From the NCBI GenBank assembly GCA_037131105.1, contig JBAXRQ010000001.1, forward strand, positions 194,039 through 258,038: a DNA stretch of 64,000 nucleotides, written 5' to 3'. This DNA comes from a bacterium (lineage in GTDB: Bacteria; Patescibacteriota; UBA1384; CAILIB01). A program made the position numbers and the translations under genes. This document shows positions 47,789-57,229 of this stretch, piece after piece. The notes under the pieces are model-generated. The model was not told the origin of the DNA and searched no databases. It saw nothing but the letters and a program-made list of their open reading frames with translations. Numbering within the stretch: position 1 is the stretch's first letter; each line of letters begins with the position of its first letter.

Positions 47789-49210
47789 ATGACTAATGAT
47801 AAGGAGGGCCTCCCCCGCCTGATTCAGGCGGGAATGGGGGTACATGTTTCAAGTGCTAGGTTGGCGAATGCAACTTCCAGACTGGGAGCCCTCGGAATGG
47901 TCTCTGGCGCTGGACTGCGACACGTAGTAGTGGAGGAAGTTCGTAGCGGGAATCCTGCGGTAATCGCTGTTGCCAATACTTTTCCAGTGCAACGACATGT
48001 CGACGAGTTGCTCGCTTATGCACCGGGAGGCGCTAAGCATGGTCACGCAGTGCCCATTGATGTGCCGGATCCGTTTCGCAGCGGGCTGCCGCGTCGCTTG
48101 AGTATCATTGCCGCCTACGTCGAAGTGAAGCGGGCAATGATGGGACATAAGGGCAAAGTAGGTATTAACGTCATGTGGAAGTGCGCGCTTACGGCGCTAC
48201 CCTCCATCTATGGCGCGATGCTTGCCGGCGTTGATGCTCTGCTCTGCGGTGCTGGCGTTCCTATGGAGCTGCCCAGCATCGTAAGCCAGATCCGAAACGG
48301 AAAAGACCTTGCCTATTTGCCCCTTACCGGTACTGGAACCCATGCCAGGCTGGATATTTCCGGAGACGGTACGGCTGCCTTCCTGCAGACACTGCCGCTG
48401 CCGCACATGCTGCCGATCATCTCAAACTATGCATTCTGCAGGCGACTGCTTGACGTATGGCAAAAGGAGTATGACGGTGCACGGCCTTTTGGCTTCGTGC
48501 TGGAGAACCATGCTGCTGGCGGCCATAATGCGCCGCCGCGCAACAAGACGGAATTTACCGAGACTGACGATATCGAGGCGTATTTCGATAAAGTGTTGGC
48601 ACTCGGTCTGCCGATCTATGTGGCGGGCGCCTTCCCCGAAGGGGGAAGCCGTAACGACTACCTCTATTGGCTTGGACGGGGTGCCTATGGTATCCAGGTC
48701 GGTTCCCGGTTTGCCCTCAGTGAGGAGTCGGGCATGCGACGTGACCTGCAGGAGCGGATCATTGCCAGTACCCGAGAAGGACGTGGAGTAGAGACCAGTA
48801 TGATAATGTCGCCGACTGGCTACCCAATCAAGGTTATGCCAGTGCCCGGCAGCGTAGCTGATCCTGCTATTTACGAGGGTCGTGTGCGTATCTGTAACCG
48901 GCTCTATCTGGCCCAGTCCCATTTCGAGACGTTGCCTGACGGCAGTGTGCGAGAGACGTACATCTGTCCGGCTATGCCGGAGAAGCAGTTTGCGCGGCTA
49001 GGAGGGGATCCTGCCGAGACAGAGGGCCGTGTCTGCCTGTGTAATGGGCTCTTGTCGACAGCAGGGTTCTACAACGACATCGAGCCGCCCATTCTGACGG
49101 CGGGACTCAGTGTTGAGCGGGTAGAATCTATCGTGCCTGCTCGAGAGATTGTTGAAGAGATATTGACTCCTGAGTGGGTCGAGGGGCGAGAAAAGGAGCT
49201 TGCCCTATGA
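47789..49210 (+). CDS. Nitronate monooxygenase-like FMN TIM-barrel protein
   Basis: IQAGMGV.VS, GAG.P, AGGHNAPPR, GIQVGSRF..SEESG, CLCNGL. Confidence 0.85.
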   Translation: MTNDKEGLPRLIQAGMGVHVSSARLANATSRLGALGMVSGAGLRHVVVEEVRSGNPAVIAVANTFPVQRHVDELLAYAPGGAKHGHAVPIDVPDPFRSGLPRRLSIIAAYVEVKRAMMGHKGKVGINVMWKCALTALPSIYGAMLAGVDALLCGAGVPMELPSIVSQIRNGKDLAYLPLTGTGTHARLDISGDGTAAFLQTLPLPHMLPIISNYAFCRRLLDVWQKEYDGARPFGFVLENHAAGGHNAPPRNKTEFTETDDIEAYFDKVLALGLPIYVAGAFPEGGSRNDYLYWLGRGAYGIQVGSRFALSEESGMRRDLQERIIASTREGRGVETSMIMSPTGYPIKVMPVPGSVADPAIYEGRVRICNRLYLAQSHFETLPDGSVRETYICPAMPEKQFARLGGDPAETEGRVCLCNGLLSTAGFYNDIEPPILTAGLSVERVESIVPAREIVEEILTPEWVEGREKELAL

Positions 49211-49313
49211 TTACTGTTGGATGTTTCAGAGCTCGTTCCCCGAAAGGGGGGCGGGCTCTTTGCATGCCCAGCGAGGGGGAGTATACTCTAAAAAGACCAG
49301 TAAATTCGAAACT

Positions 49314-49652
49314 ATGAAATCACCCTTCCCCAAGGCGGTCTACAATCGAAACGCTGAGATCTATAAGATTCTTTCCAATCCGATCCGCTTGGAGATCCTT
49401 AATACTATCAAGTATCAGGAGGCCTCGGTGGAGCAGTTGGTTGGTATTCTGGGCCTGCGAAAAGCAAATGTTTCCCAGCATCTAGCCATGCTCCGCCACG
49501 CTCGTCTAGTCACTACTAGGCGCGAGGGACTAAATATCTATTATCAGATTGTCGATCCTCGTATCATTGAGCCTTGTCGCATCCTTAAGGAGGTCTGGGA
49601 GGATACCCCGGCGCTTCCTCCTCATATCTCCTTAAAGAAAGAATATGTATAA
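49314..49652 (+). CDS. ArsR/SmtB family regulator
   Basis: KILSNPIRLEIL, NVSQHLAMLR, RREG..IYY. Confidence 0.9.
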   Translation: MKSPFPKAVYNRNAEIYKILSNPIRLEILNTIKYQEASVEQLVGILGLRKANVSQHLAMLRHARLVTTRREGLNIYYQIVDPRIIEPCRILKEVWEDTPALPPHISLKKEYV

Positions 49653-50412
49653 GGTCGTTCTACTTCGTCACGGGGAGAGTGAGTGGAACCGGGAGAACCT
49701 TTTCACCGGTTGGACGGACGTAGATCTTGATGACTACGGTCGTGAACAGGCTAAAAAGGCCGGCCGGCTGATCAAGAAGGCGGGAATTGAAGTAGACCTG
49801 GCTTTTACTTCGTTTCTTAAGAGGGCCATTCACACTCTCTGGCTTTCTCTTGATGAGATGGATCTGGCCTGGATACCCGAATACAAGAGCTGGCGTCTGA
49901 ATGAACGGCACTATGGTGCTCTGCAGGGTCTTAATAAGTCCGATACGGCGGCTGAATTTGGAGAGGAACAGGTCAAGTTGTGGCGTCGCTGCTATGACGT
50001 AGAACCACCCGCTCTCACCATGGAAGACCATAGAGATCCTTCTCATGACCCCCGCTATGAAGGCATAGACCCTTCTGTCCTGCCGCACACCGAATCTTTG
50101 GAAGATACTATAGCTCGGGTGATGCCCTACTGGGCCGACCAGATCGTACCCCAGATTAAGTCTGGAAAGGTAGTGTTCATCGTCGCTCATGGCAATACCC
50201 TGAGGGCGTTGGCAAAGCACCTGGACGGCCTGACCAATGAACAGGTAATGGAGCTGAACATTCCCATTGGTGAACCGTTGGTCTATGAACTTGACGATGA
50301 GCTGCGTCCCACTAACCATTACTATCTGAATTCGCCAGAAGAAATCGAAAAGGGCATTCAGTTTCAGATCCAGATGGGCAAGGCACCGGCCCAAGAGAAC
50401 CCTATCGGCTAA
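49645..50412 (+). CDS. gpmA: 2,3-BPG-dependent phosphoglycerate mutase
   Basis: LRHGESEWN, FTGWTDV, LNERHYGALQG, AHGNTLR. Confidence 0.97.
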   Translation: MYKVVLLRHGESEWNRENLFTGWTDVDLDDYGREQAKKAGRLIKKAGIEVDLAFTSFLKRAIHTLWLSLDEMDLAWIPEYKSWRLNERHYGALQGLNKSDTAAEFGEEQVKLWRRCYDVEPPALTMEDHRDPSHDPRYEGIDPSVLPHTESLEDTIARVMPYWADQIVPQIKSGKVVFIVAHGNTLRALAKHLDGLTNEQVMELNIPIGEPLVYELDDELRPTNHYYLNSPEEIEKGIQFQIQMGKAPAQENPIG

Positions 50413-50421
50413 GCAGTACGC

Positions 50422-51543
50422 ATGGACGCCTACGTCAAGCTGCGCAACGGGGTCATCCATGCCGCGTACGGAGGTGTGCTTAAGCCGATCTTCTTCAAAC
50501 AGGATCCGGAGGCAGTACATAATCAGGTTGGCTTGGCAGGTGCCCGTCTAGGGAACATGCGAATTACTCGAGCTCTTACCTCACTTCTGTTCAACTACAC
50601 TAATCCGGTGCTGCGCCAGCGCATCCACGGCATCGACTTTAACAACCCCATAGGACTGGCGGCTGGCTTCGACAAGAACGCCCGCCTGACCTCAATCCTT
50701 CCCCATGTCGGATTCGGCTGGATGGAAGTGGGCTCCATCACCGCCCGTCCCTGCAAGGGGAATCCCGGCAAGCGGCTGCACCGTCTGCCTGAATCCAAGT
50801 CGCTTCTGGTGAACTACGGCCTGATGAACGACGGCAGCGACCGGATCTATGAGCGCCTGCATGGCCGTCACTTTTCACTGCCGGTAGGGACCAGTCTCGC
50901 ACCTACCAACGACGAGTCAACCATGGACTACCGTGACGCCATCAAGGACTATGTCTACTCCTGCACGAAGCTGGCTGAAGTTGGTAGTTATACTACCCTC
51001 AATCTCAGTTGTCCCAACACTTGTAATGACCAGCCCTTTACTGACCCACGCAAGCTGGATGAACTGCTTTCCGCCATAGAGAAGGTGAAGACCCGTAAAC
51101 CGATCTTTCTGAAGCTGTCACCCGACCTGTCGATGGATAAGTTGGACTCCCTGCTGACTGTAGCCAAGAAGCACGGAGTGGCCGGCGTCATTTGCGCCAA
51201 TCTGACTAAAAACCATAGCCATCCTTTGGTAAAAGAGCAGAACCTGCCGGAGAAGGGGGGCTTTAGCGGTAAGGTGGTGAAACAGCAGTCTGACGAGATG
51301 ATCGCCCACGTCTTCCGTCGTTGGGGGACCACCTTTACCATTGTCGGCTGCGGCGGGGTATTTACCGCTCAGGATGCTTACCGTAAGATCAGGCTAGGCG
51401 CCTCGCTCATCCAGCTGATCACCGGTATGATTTATGAGGGACCTCAGGTCATCAGTAGTATTAATCAAGGACTGGCTGAGCTATTGAAGACTGACAGGTT
51501 CAGCTCGATCAGCGAGGCGGTAGGAAAAGACATAGGTCAGTAA
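50422..51543 (+). CDS. pyrD: Quinone-dependent (class 2) dihydroorotate dehydrogenase
   Basis: DPEAVH, NPIGLAAGFDK, NLSCPN, KLSPD, GGFSG. Confidence 0.93.
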   Translation: MDAYVKLRNGVIHAAYGGVLKPIFFKQDPEAVHNQVGLAGARLGNMRITRALTSLLFNYTNPVLRQRIHGIDFNNPIGLAAGFDKNARLTSILPHVGFGWMEVGSITARPCKGNPGKRLHRLPESKSLLVNYGLMNDGSDRIYERLHGRHFSLPVGTSLAPTNDESTMDYRDAIKDYVYSCTKLAEVGSYTTLNLSCPNTCNDQPFTDPRKLDELLSAIEKVKTRKPIFLKLSPDLSMDKLDSLLTVAKKHGVAGVICANLTKNHSHPLVKEQNLPEKGGFSGKVVKQQSDEMIAHVFRRWGTTFTIVGCGGVFTAQDAYRKIRLGASLIQLITGMIYEGPQVISSINQGLAELLKTDRFSSISEAVGKDIGQ

Positions 51544-51558
51544 TCAAAGGAGGGGCAC

Positions 51559-52596
51559 ATGGGTGAAGTATTGCGTACCAAGGTCATCGCCAGTCTGGGA
51601 CCGGCTAGCTATCCGTCTGAGGTGATGGAAGAGTTGATGAAGGCTGGCGTGTATATGTTCCGGAACAACTTTTCCCACATGCCCTATGACGAGTACCGGC
51701 GGCAGCGGGAGCTGGTGAGAGGACTGAATGAGAAGCTAGGCACTTCGGTACTGATGCAGGCCGATCTCCAAGGGCCGCATATCCGCATCGGGAAGATCGC
51801 CGATGAAGGCATTCTGCTGCAGGAGCGGCAGACCTACTGGTTCAGTACCACGGCTGGCCAGCCGGAGGAGTTCGACATCCCCATCAATGACGCCACCATC
51901 CATCAGTTCGTACAGGTGGGCCAGCCCATCTCCTTTTTGAACGGGTTTATCGAGGGTGAAGTGACCGAGGTGCAGGGCCATCGCATCGCTGTGCGTATGA
52001 CCAACAGCGGCACCCTGAAGTCAAACAAGGCCATCAACTTGCCCGAGACCCAGCTGGACTCCTGCCTTACCGAGAAGGACCTGGCTGATCTGCAGTTCCT
52101 GGTGGAGGAGGGGGTGGACTGGATCGCCCTGTCCTTCGTCTCTCGCAAAGAGGAGGTGGAGAAGGTGCGGGAGATCATCGGCGACCGGCCGATCAAGATC
52201 ATGAGCAAGATCGAGCGGCAGAGTGCCCTGGGTAACGCTGAGGAGATCATCGCTGCCAGTGACGCCATTATGGTAGCTCGCGGTGACCTGGGGATCGAGA
52301 TTCCCATGGAAGAAGTGCCCTTCGTGCAGAAGGACCTGATCGACCTTTCTCACTACGTAAAGAAGCCCGCCGTCGTGGCCACCCAGATGCTCTATTCGCT
52401 GGTGCACTCGCAGCGCCCGACCCGGGCCGAGGTGTCGGATGTGTCGGGAGCAGTGTTGGAACGTGCGGACGCGTTGCTGCTATCGGATGAGACCACGGAA
52501 GGGGTGGATCCGGTCAATGCAGTGAAGACGATGATGACTATCATTGAGCGGGCCGAGCAGCACATGTATGGAGAAAAGGATTATTTTTCAGTCTGA
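51559..52596 (+). CDS. pyk: Pyruvate kinase (no C-terminal regulatory domain)
   Basis: TKVIASLGP, DLQGP.IR, IMVARGDLG, ATQML, PTRAEVSD; only 345 aa. Confidence 0.93.
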   Translation: MGEVLRTKVIASLGPASYPSEVMEELMKAGVYMFRNNFSHMPYDEYRRQRELVRGLNEKLGTSVLMQADLQGPHIRIGKIADEGILLQERQTYWFSTTAGQPEEFDIPINDATIHQFVQVGQPISFLNGFIEGEVTEVQGHRIAVRMTNSGTLKSNKAINLPETQLDSCLTEKDLADLQFLVEEGVDWIALSFVSRKEEVEKVREIIGDRPIKIMSKIERQSALGNAEEIIAASDAIMVARGDLGIEIPMEEVPFVQKDLIDLSHYVKKPAVVATQMLYSLVHSQRPTRAEVSDVSGAVLERADALLLSDETTEGVDPVNAVKTMMTIIERAEQHMYGEKDYFSV

Positions 52597-52627
52597 ACTG
52601 CCAGACCTACACGGCTAGAGCTATAGT

Positions 52628-52936
52628 ATGGCGATTCTAGAAGAATTTCAGGCTATCTTAATGAATATAAATAGGCTTCCAGAGCCTAAGGATATTGATG
52701 ATCTCACGGAGCAGATGGCACTAGTCTCTCAGGCTATAGAGAAATGTGAGAAGCTGTTGCTGTATCTGATTACGAGTCAGGAAGGGCGTGACGAAATGGT
52801 TACGCACTTCTTTGAATATAAGCAGTTGCTGCGCCTTGAGCAGACTTTACATAAGCTGAAGCAGCCACTCCTACTCGAGCGATACCATCAGGAGCAAAAG
52901 GCGGTTGCAAAGAACAAGCGTTGGTGGCAGTGGTAG
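52628..52936 (+). CDS. Hypothetical protein
   Basis: 102-aa helical ORF ending KRWWQW. Confidence 0.6.
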   Translation: MAILEEFQAILMNINRLPEPKDIDDLTEQMALVSQAIEKCEKLLLYLITSQEGRDEMVTHFFEYKQLLRLEQTLHKLKQPLLLERYHQEQKAVAKNKRWWQW

Positions 52937-52978
52937 TCACGGTAATGACTTATTTCTCTACCTTGGTAGTATAGTGAT

Positions 52979-53311
52979 ATGCCCACTACAACTCTCAAAC
53001 AAATAGAAGAGCGTCTCTCTGAGCTTGAGGAGCGAGAGACTAAGATTGAGCAGGATGAAGCTGAAATTCTCAGCGTCGACCAGTATATTCTTGAAGAGGT
53101 GGAGAAGACTCAGAAGGACTCGGGTCTGGCCCGCTCGATTTACCGGTTTAGGTTTTTGATATCAATATTACTTACGGTGGGAGTTGCCTTGGTTTGGCAA
53201 GGAGTCGGCCAAATATCTGCTACTCTGCCCCTTGTTTCTAGTGCGGCCGGGGCGTTGGCGGTGGGGCTACTAATATTGGTTGTTATCAGTTGGATTACTA
53301 AGGCGAAATAA
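52979..53311 (+). CDS. Coiled-coil + 2-TM hypothetical protein
   Basis: Acidic coiled coil then two hydrophobic helices. Confidence 0.65.
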   Translation: MPTTTLKQIEERLSELEERETKIEQDEAEILSVDQYILEEVEKTQKDSGLARSIYRFRFLISILLTVGVALVWQGVGQISATLPLVSSAAGALAVGLLILVVISWITKAK

Positions 53312-54075
53312 CTAGGATTTTTCTAGTTCCTCTGCCAGCTCTTTCACGATCCGCTTATCCGTCTCCGCCTTATCCCAGTCAACGGTTCCTGAAGTGTTTT
53401 GGTTGAATTGGATACCGTTCTCACAGCTCCAGGAGATCCTATTTAGTAGGGCGTATACCGTCACTATTTTTCTTTGCTCTGGACTGAGAACTTCGGCGTC
53501 CATAACGGCGTTGGTGTAGGCCTCTCCGTGACGGGTGCCATACCAACTGGCCTTGATGCGTCCGATGGTCTCCAACGGGTCGCCTTGGGCCAGAGCATCG
53601 AGGTCCACTAGTCCGCTGAACTCTCCCTCATGGACCATTACGTTTTTGCTGGACATGTCGTCGAAGTAGGTGGTTGCCTCCACATGGTTGAAGTAGTCGC
53701 GGTAGCGGTCGAAGACTTCATTAAGAAGCGATTCGAGATCGCCGTCCATTACTCCTGTCTGAAGGCCTCGCTCCTTGGCATTGTTGACCAGTTCCTCCAT
53801 GCAATCTGTCCAAGACTCGAGTAGCTTGCTGTCGTCTCCTAGCTTGTCGCCGAACCTCCCGTTGTTGGGTATCTCTCGGAGCTGTTTGAATATATGGGAG
53901 ATCTCACGGGCGATGGCTGTCAGCTCATCGTCACTAAGCGTATCAATGACGTTGGTGATGTCGGTGCCGGGAAGTTTGGAAAGCACCTGGTAGGCATAGG
54001 GAACGAGCTGGCGGGAGTAGTCCTCGCTCAGGATGCCGTCATCGCTGCAAGTTACTGAATGGCGGCTACCTGCCT
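53312..54075 (-). pseudogene. 5'-truncated aminoglycoside/choline-kinase-like phosphotransferase
   Basis: DDMSSKNVMV, GLVDLD, GDPL motifs; N-lobe missing; 5' limit approximate. Confidence 0.65.
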
Positions 54076-54357
54076 CGAAGTCATTGCCGCCCGGGGAATA
54101 CCGTTGGAAAGTGAATGTCATAGGCCGTGGGGAGAGTGCTTGGACCGGCGCGTATTTCCGTGTCGCGCAGCCTACGGAGGCCAGAGAAGCAGCTGAAGCT
54201 GAGCGACGCTTCGCGGGCGACGATGAAGCTTTAGTTGCGGTCTACCTCAAGCATGGGCTACTCATAGATACCTATCCGGCGCTCAAGCGCCTCTACGAGC
54301 GGACCGACGATCCCCAGCGCAAACAGCGACTTCAGTATTACCTGCAGGCCGCCGGCC

Positions 54358-55050
54358 TTCTGAATTGCGCGACCTGCGGATTCCGAGTGACCGCCGAAAA
54401 GTCGAAGGGCCATATCTACTACCATTGCAACAATCGCACTGGAACCTGTACCAAGCGGGGCATCCGTGAGGAAGTTCTGGAGGGGCGGATCGACGCTTTG
54501 TTGGAGGACATTACCGTGTATCCCGAATATGAGCGGCTCGCTTTGGAGATTCTCGATGACATGCGACAGGAGGCATTGAGTAGCCGCCAGGCCATCTTTG
54601 AGTCGCGGCAGCAGGCTTTGGCCGATCTGAAGCGTCAGAAGGACGCCTTGCTGGGTATTTTCCTACAGGGTCACATTACTGACGACGAGTTCGCTGCCAA
54701 GAAGACTGAACTTGTGAAGCTGGACGGAGCAGTCAACCTCAAGGGCGAAGATTCGGAGGAAGAACTGAACGGGGTCTGGCAGACCGCCGCCAGCGCCGTG
54801 AGCTTCATGGCGCAGACAAGGATCCAGTTCCACACGGGGGGATGTGGCCAGCAAGCGCTATGTGGCGGCACACTTGGGTGAATACGTGCTGAATAACGGC
54901 GAACTCACCATCGAACTGAACCCGTTGTTCCAGCAGGTTCGATCTCAGTTCAAAAACCTCGCGGTGGAATCTTGAAAGATCGAACCGCTGGAAATAGGCT
55001 CTGGCAAACTGAAGTCCCGTCGCTTTGGTTTAAGAAATGAAGTTTGGTAG
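54358..55050 (+). pseudogene. Serine recombinase C-terminal remnant
   Basis: LNCATCG...YYHC...C zinc ribbon, coiled coil; frameshift near G6 (54836-54841), in-frame TGA 54973, ends NEVW* at 55050. Confidence 0.8.
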
Positions 55051-55236
55051 AGCAGCACGGTCTGGCGTAAAGTGAGACACTTTGGCACCTCCATAAAGAG
55101 TGTCTCATTCCACATGCACTCCGGTCATAGTTCGAACCTGATAGTGAGACAAATGAGACACTATAAAAAGGAAAAGACGAATTGTCTCATTTAATGAAAA
55201 ATAGATAATCTGTTCGGTACATTGTCGGCTGCTAGA

Positions 55237-55265
55237 TTGACAAAGAGGCTAAAATATGGTACCCT
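55237..55265 (+). promoter_or_regulatory. Sigma70 promoter of DGR target gene
   Basis: TTGACA-17 nt-TACCCT with extended TG. Confidence 0.6.
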
Positions 55266-55340
55266 TGGCGCGATCTATTGAGATCCTTACACCTGATTGG
55301 CGCTTGGCGTCAAAATCAAACAGGTGTCTGCAAGGAAAAC

Positions 55341-56315
55341 ATGAACGAACTGATGACACAAGGCCAGCTCGATGAAGTCGGCCGCCTCTTCGCCCAACCG
55401 TTTGTCGATCACGGCATCACCGTGGACGACTACCAAATCGTCCGCCAGGACCCCGCCTTCAAGGCGCTCCTGCAAGGACCGGGCGAATACGTCCGGAAAT
55501 TCATCGTCCGCCGTGATTCGGTATCTTCCTATCTCTTCGTCGATGCCCTCCCAGAGAGCGGCTACACGAAGGCGAACACTACGCTCACCTACGACTGGTC
55601 GAAGCGTGGCAGTGAGGACGACCGGCTCGGCAATATCGCCAAGGCAGTGAAAGCTGCATTCGGCATCAACGATGTTGTCCTTACCAATTCGGTGGTTGCA
55701 ATGCCGGCCTGGCAGACCTGCCTCGTGGTTTCTCCGGTTGATCTTCTGCTCCAGATGGGTCTTGACCCTGCGAGCGTGAAGAATACGGACTACTGCAAGC
55801 TGGTCGCCAGCCTGATGAACCAGTTGGCTGGCGTCAAGCCTACCGACTACGTCAATACGTGCCTGGCAACCGAAGCCGCCCGCCTCGAAGCGGAAACGCT
55901 CAAAGCATGGCTTGCCGTTCCGACTACCCAGGAGAAAGGGCAGCCGCTCATCGTCCGCCGCATGGCCGTTAATCCGGCAATCTGGCTTGACCATGAAGGC
56001 ACCGCCTATTCTTTCGCCCCCTTGCACACTCCAGCCCTGTTCGCCAACCTTCCGGTTTCGAACAAGGTGAAGAAAGTGCTCCCGGGTGACATGGTCGTCG
56101 CAGCGAGCCTCCTCATCGGAGAGCCTCACTTGGTTGACCAGATCAAGGCTGGAGCCTGCCCACGTATCGATGTTCCGGGAACGGAATTGCGCGACGACGG
56201 GTCGTGGTCTGGCCGCCCGTGCGTGGACAGGGACGGCTCAGAGGCGTGGATCGACTTCTACTTTGCCGTCGCTGCCGTTGACTTCTTCGGTTCGCTCGGC
56301 TGCGCCTGGGAGTAA
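55341..56315 (+). CDS. DGR target protein with C-terminal variable region
   Basis: AAGGA RBS; last ~42 codons are the VR. Confidence 0.92.
   Translation: MNELMTQGQLDEVGRLFAQPFVDHGITVDDYQIVRQDPAFKALLQGPGEYVRKFIVRRDSVSSYLFVDALPESGYTKANTTLTYDWSKRGSEDDRLGNIAKAVKAAFGINDVVLTNSVVAMPAWQTCLVVSPVDLLLQMGLDPASVKNTDYCKLVASLMNQLAGVKPTDYVNTCLATEAARLEAETLKAWLAVPTTQEKGQPLIVRRMAVNPAIWLDHEGTAYSFAPLHTPALFANLPVSNKVKKVLPGDMVVAASLLIGEPHLVDQIKAGACPRIDVPGTELRDDGSWSGRPCVDRDGSEAWIDFYFAVAAVDFFGSLGCAWE
56187..56311 (+). repeat. DGR variable repeat (VR)
   Basis: 125-bp gapless match to TR with 17 mismatches, all opposite TR adenines. Confidence 0.97.
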
Positions 56316-56368
56316 CTGGGCATTTGAATTTCGGCACTTTGGTCTTCTTGACCATTTGCCATTTGACT

Positions 56369-56394
56369 CACGGTATCTGCTTGCAGATACCGTG
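56369..56394. other. Post-VR hairpin/cruciform (may also act as terminator)
   Basis: CACGGTATCTGC-TT-GCAGATACCGTG perfect 12-bp IR then T-run. Confidence 0.8.
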
Positions 56395-56732
56395 TTTTAT
56401 TTTCGTCAGAAAATAAATAACTGGTTTGCTGCTGCGAGGGGGAGTGTGGTATCTTCTGAGTTGAAATGGGGAATGGGAATGCTCGAGCCCTATTTTTAAA
56501 TTTCCAAAACTGGCTAGAATAAGGAGGAAATTAGGTTCATGAACGGCCGTTCACGGATTGCCGTCACCGAAATCACGCTTCTGCCACCGGTAGAGTTGGG
56601 AGCATCTACGGATCTCCCAAGCGTCCAGGCAGCAAGGGTACTCCGTGCCTTGTCCAAGATGGGGAAGACCCGCATGAAATACAGGGATTGTTATTTTCTA
56701 ACACCCGGTGACTTGGATAGGATGAGGCACTT

Positions 56733-56857
56733 TTGCGCAACGACGGGTCGTGGTCTAACCGCCCGAACGTGAACAGGGACGACTCAGAGGCGTGGATCGA
56801 CAACAACTTTGCCGACAATGCCAATGACAACTTCGGTTCGCTCGGCTGCGCCTGGGA
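56733..56857 (+). ncRNA. DGR template repeat (TR)
   Basis: 9 in-frame AAC/AAT codons, 29 adenines; adenine-free 3' GC-rich segment shared with VR. Confidence 0.95.
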
Positions 56858-56862
56858 CTGCC

Positions 56863-57229
56863 CTAGCTGAGACTACGTATCCACCCTCCTAGCATCTTTC
56901 CAATTTCTTGGAGGAAGCTCTGGAGGGTGAGGTACTTTTTATCGTCTACGCACTTGGTCTCAAGGGCGAGTCGCACCAACATTTTTAACACATCGAGCTT
57001 GGCGCTGAGCGCCACGAGGGCATTCCTCTTCAGGCTGTTCGGTAGCTGGTTTGCGTGGAGCAACCCTTCAAGCAGTTCCAGCGCCGCATCCTCAAGCCGA
57101 GCTCCTAGCGAAAATCGCTCAACCTTCGGAAATAAATGGATCCATACATGCAGCTGGCAGTAGAAATTAAAAGTTTTCCCCACGATGGGGAGGGAACTGG
57201 GCGATTCTCGGGGGGGGAGTTATGGGCAT
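56863..57229 (-). CDS. avd: Avd accessory protein (four-helix bundle); ATG at 57229 frameshifted in C8 tract, in-frame part from GTG 57183
   Basis: LPIVGKTF..., FPKVERFSLG, LD.LK.LVRLA, EIGKMLGGW. Confidence 0.88.

Noticed and set aside
54033-54881. 282-aa ORF as a real gene
   Set aside because: Concatenation of unrelated fragments overlapping an antisense phosphotransferase remnant
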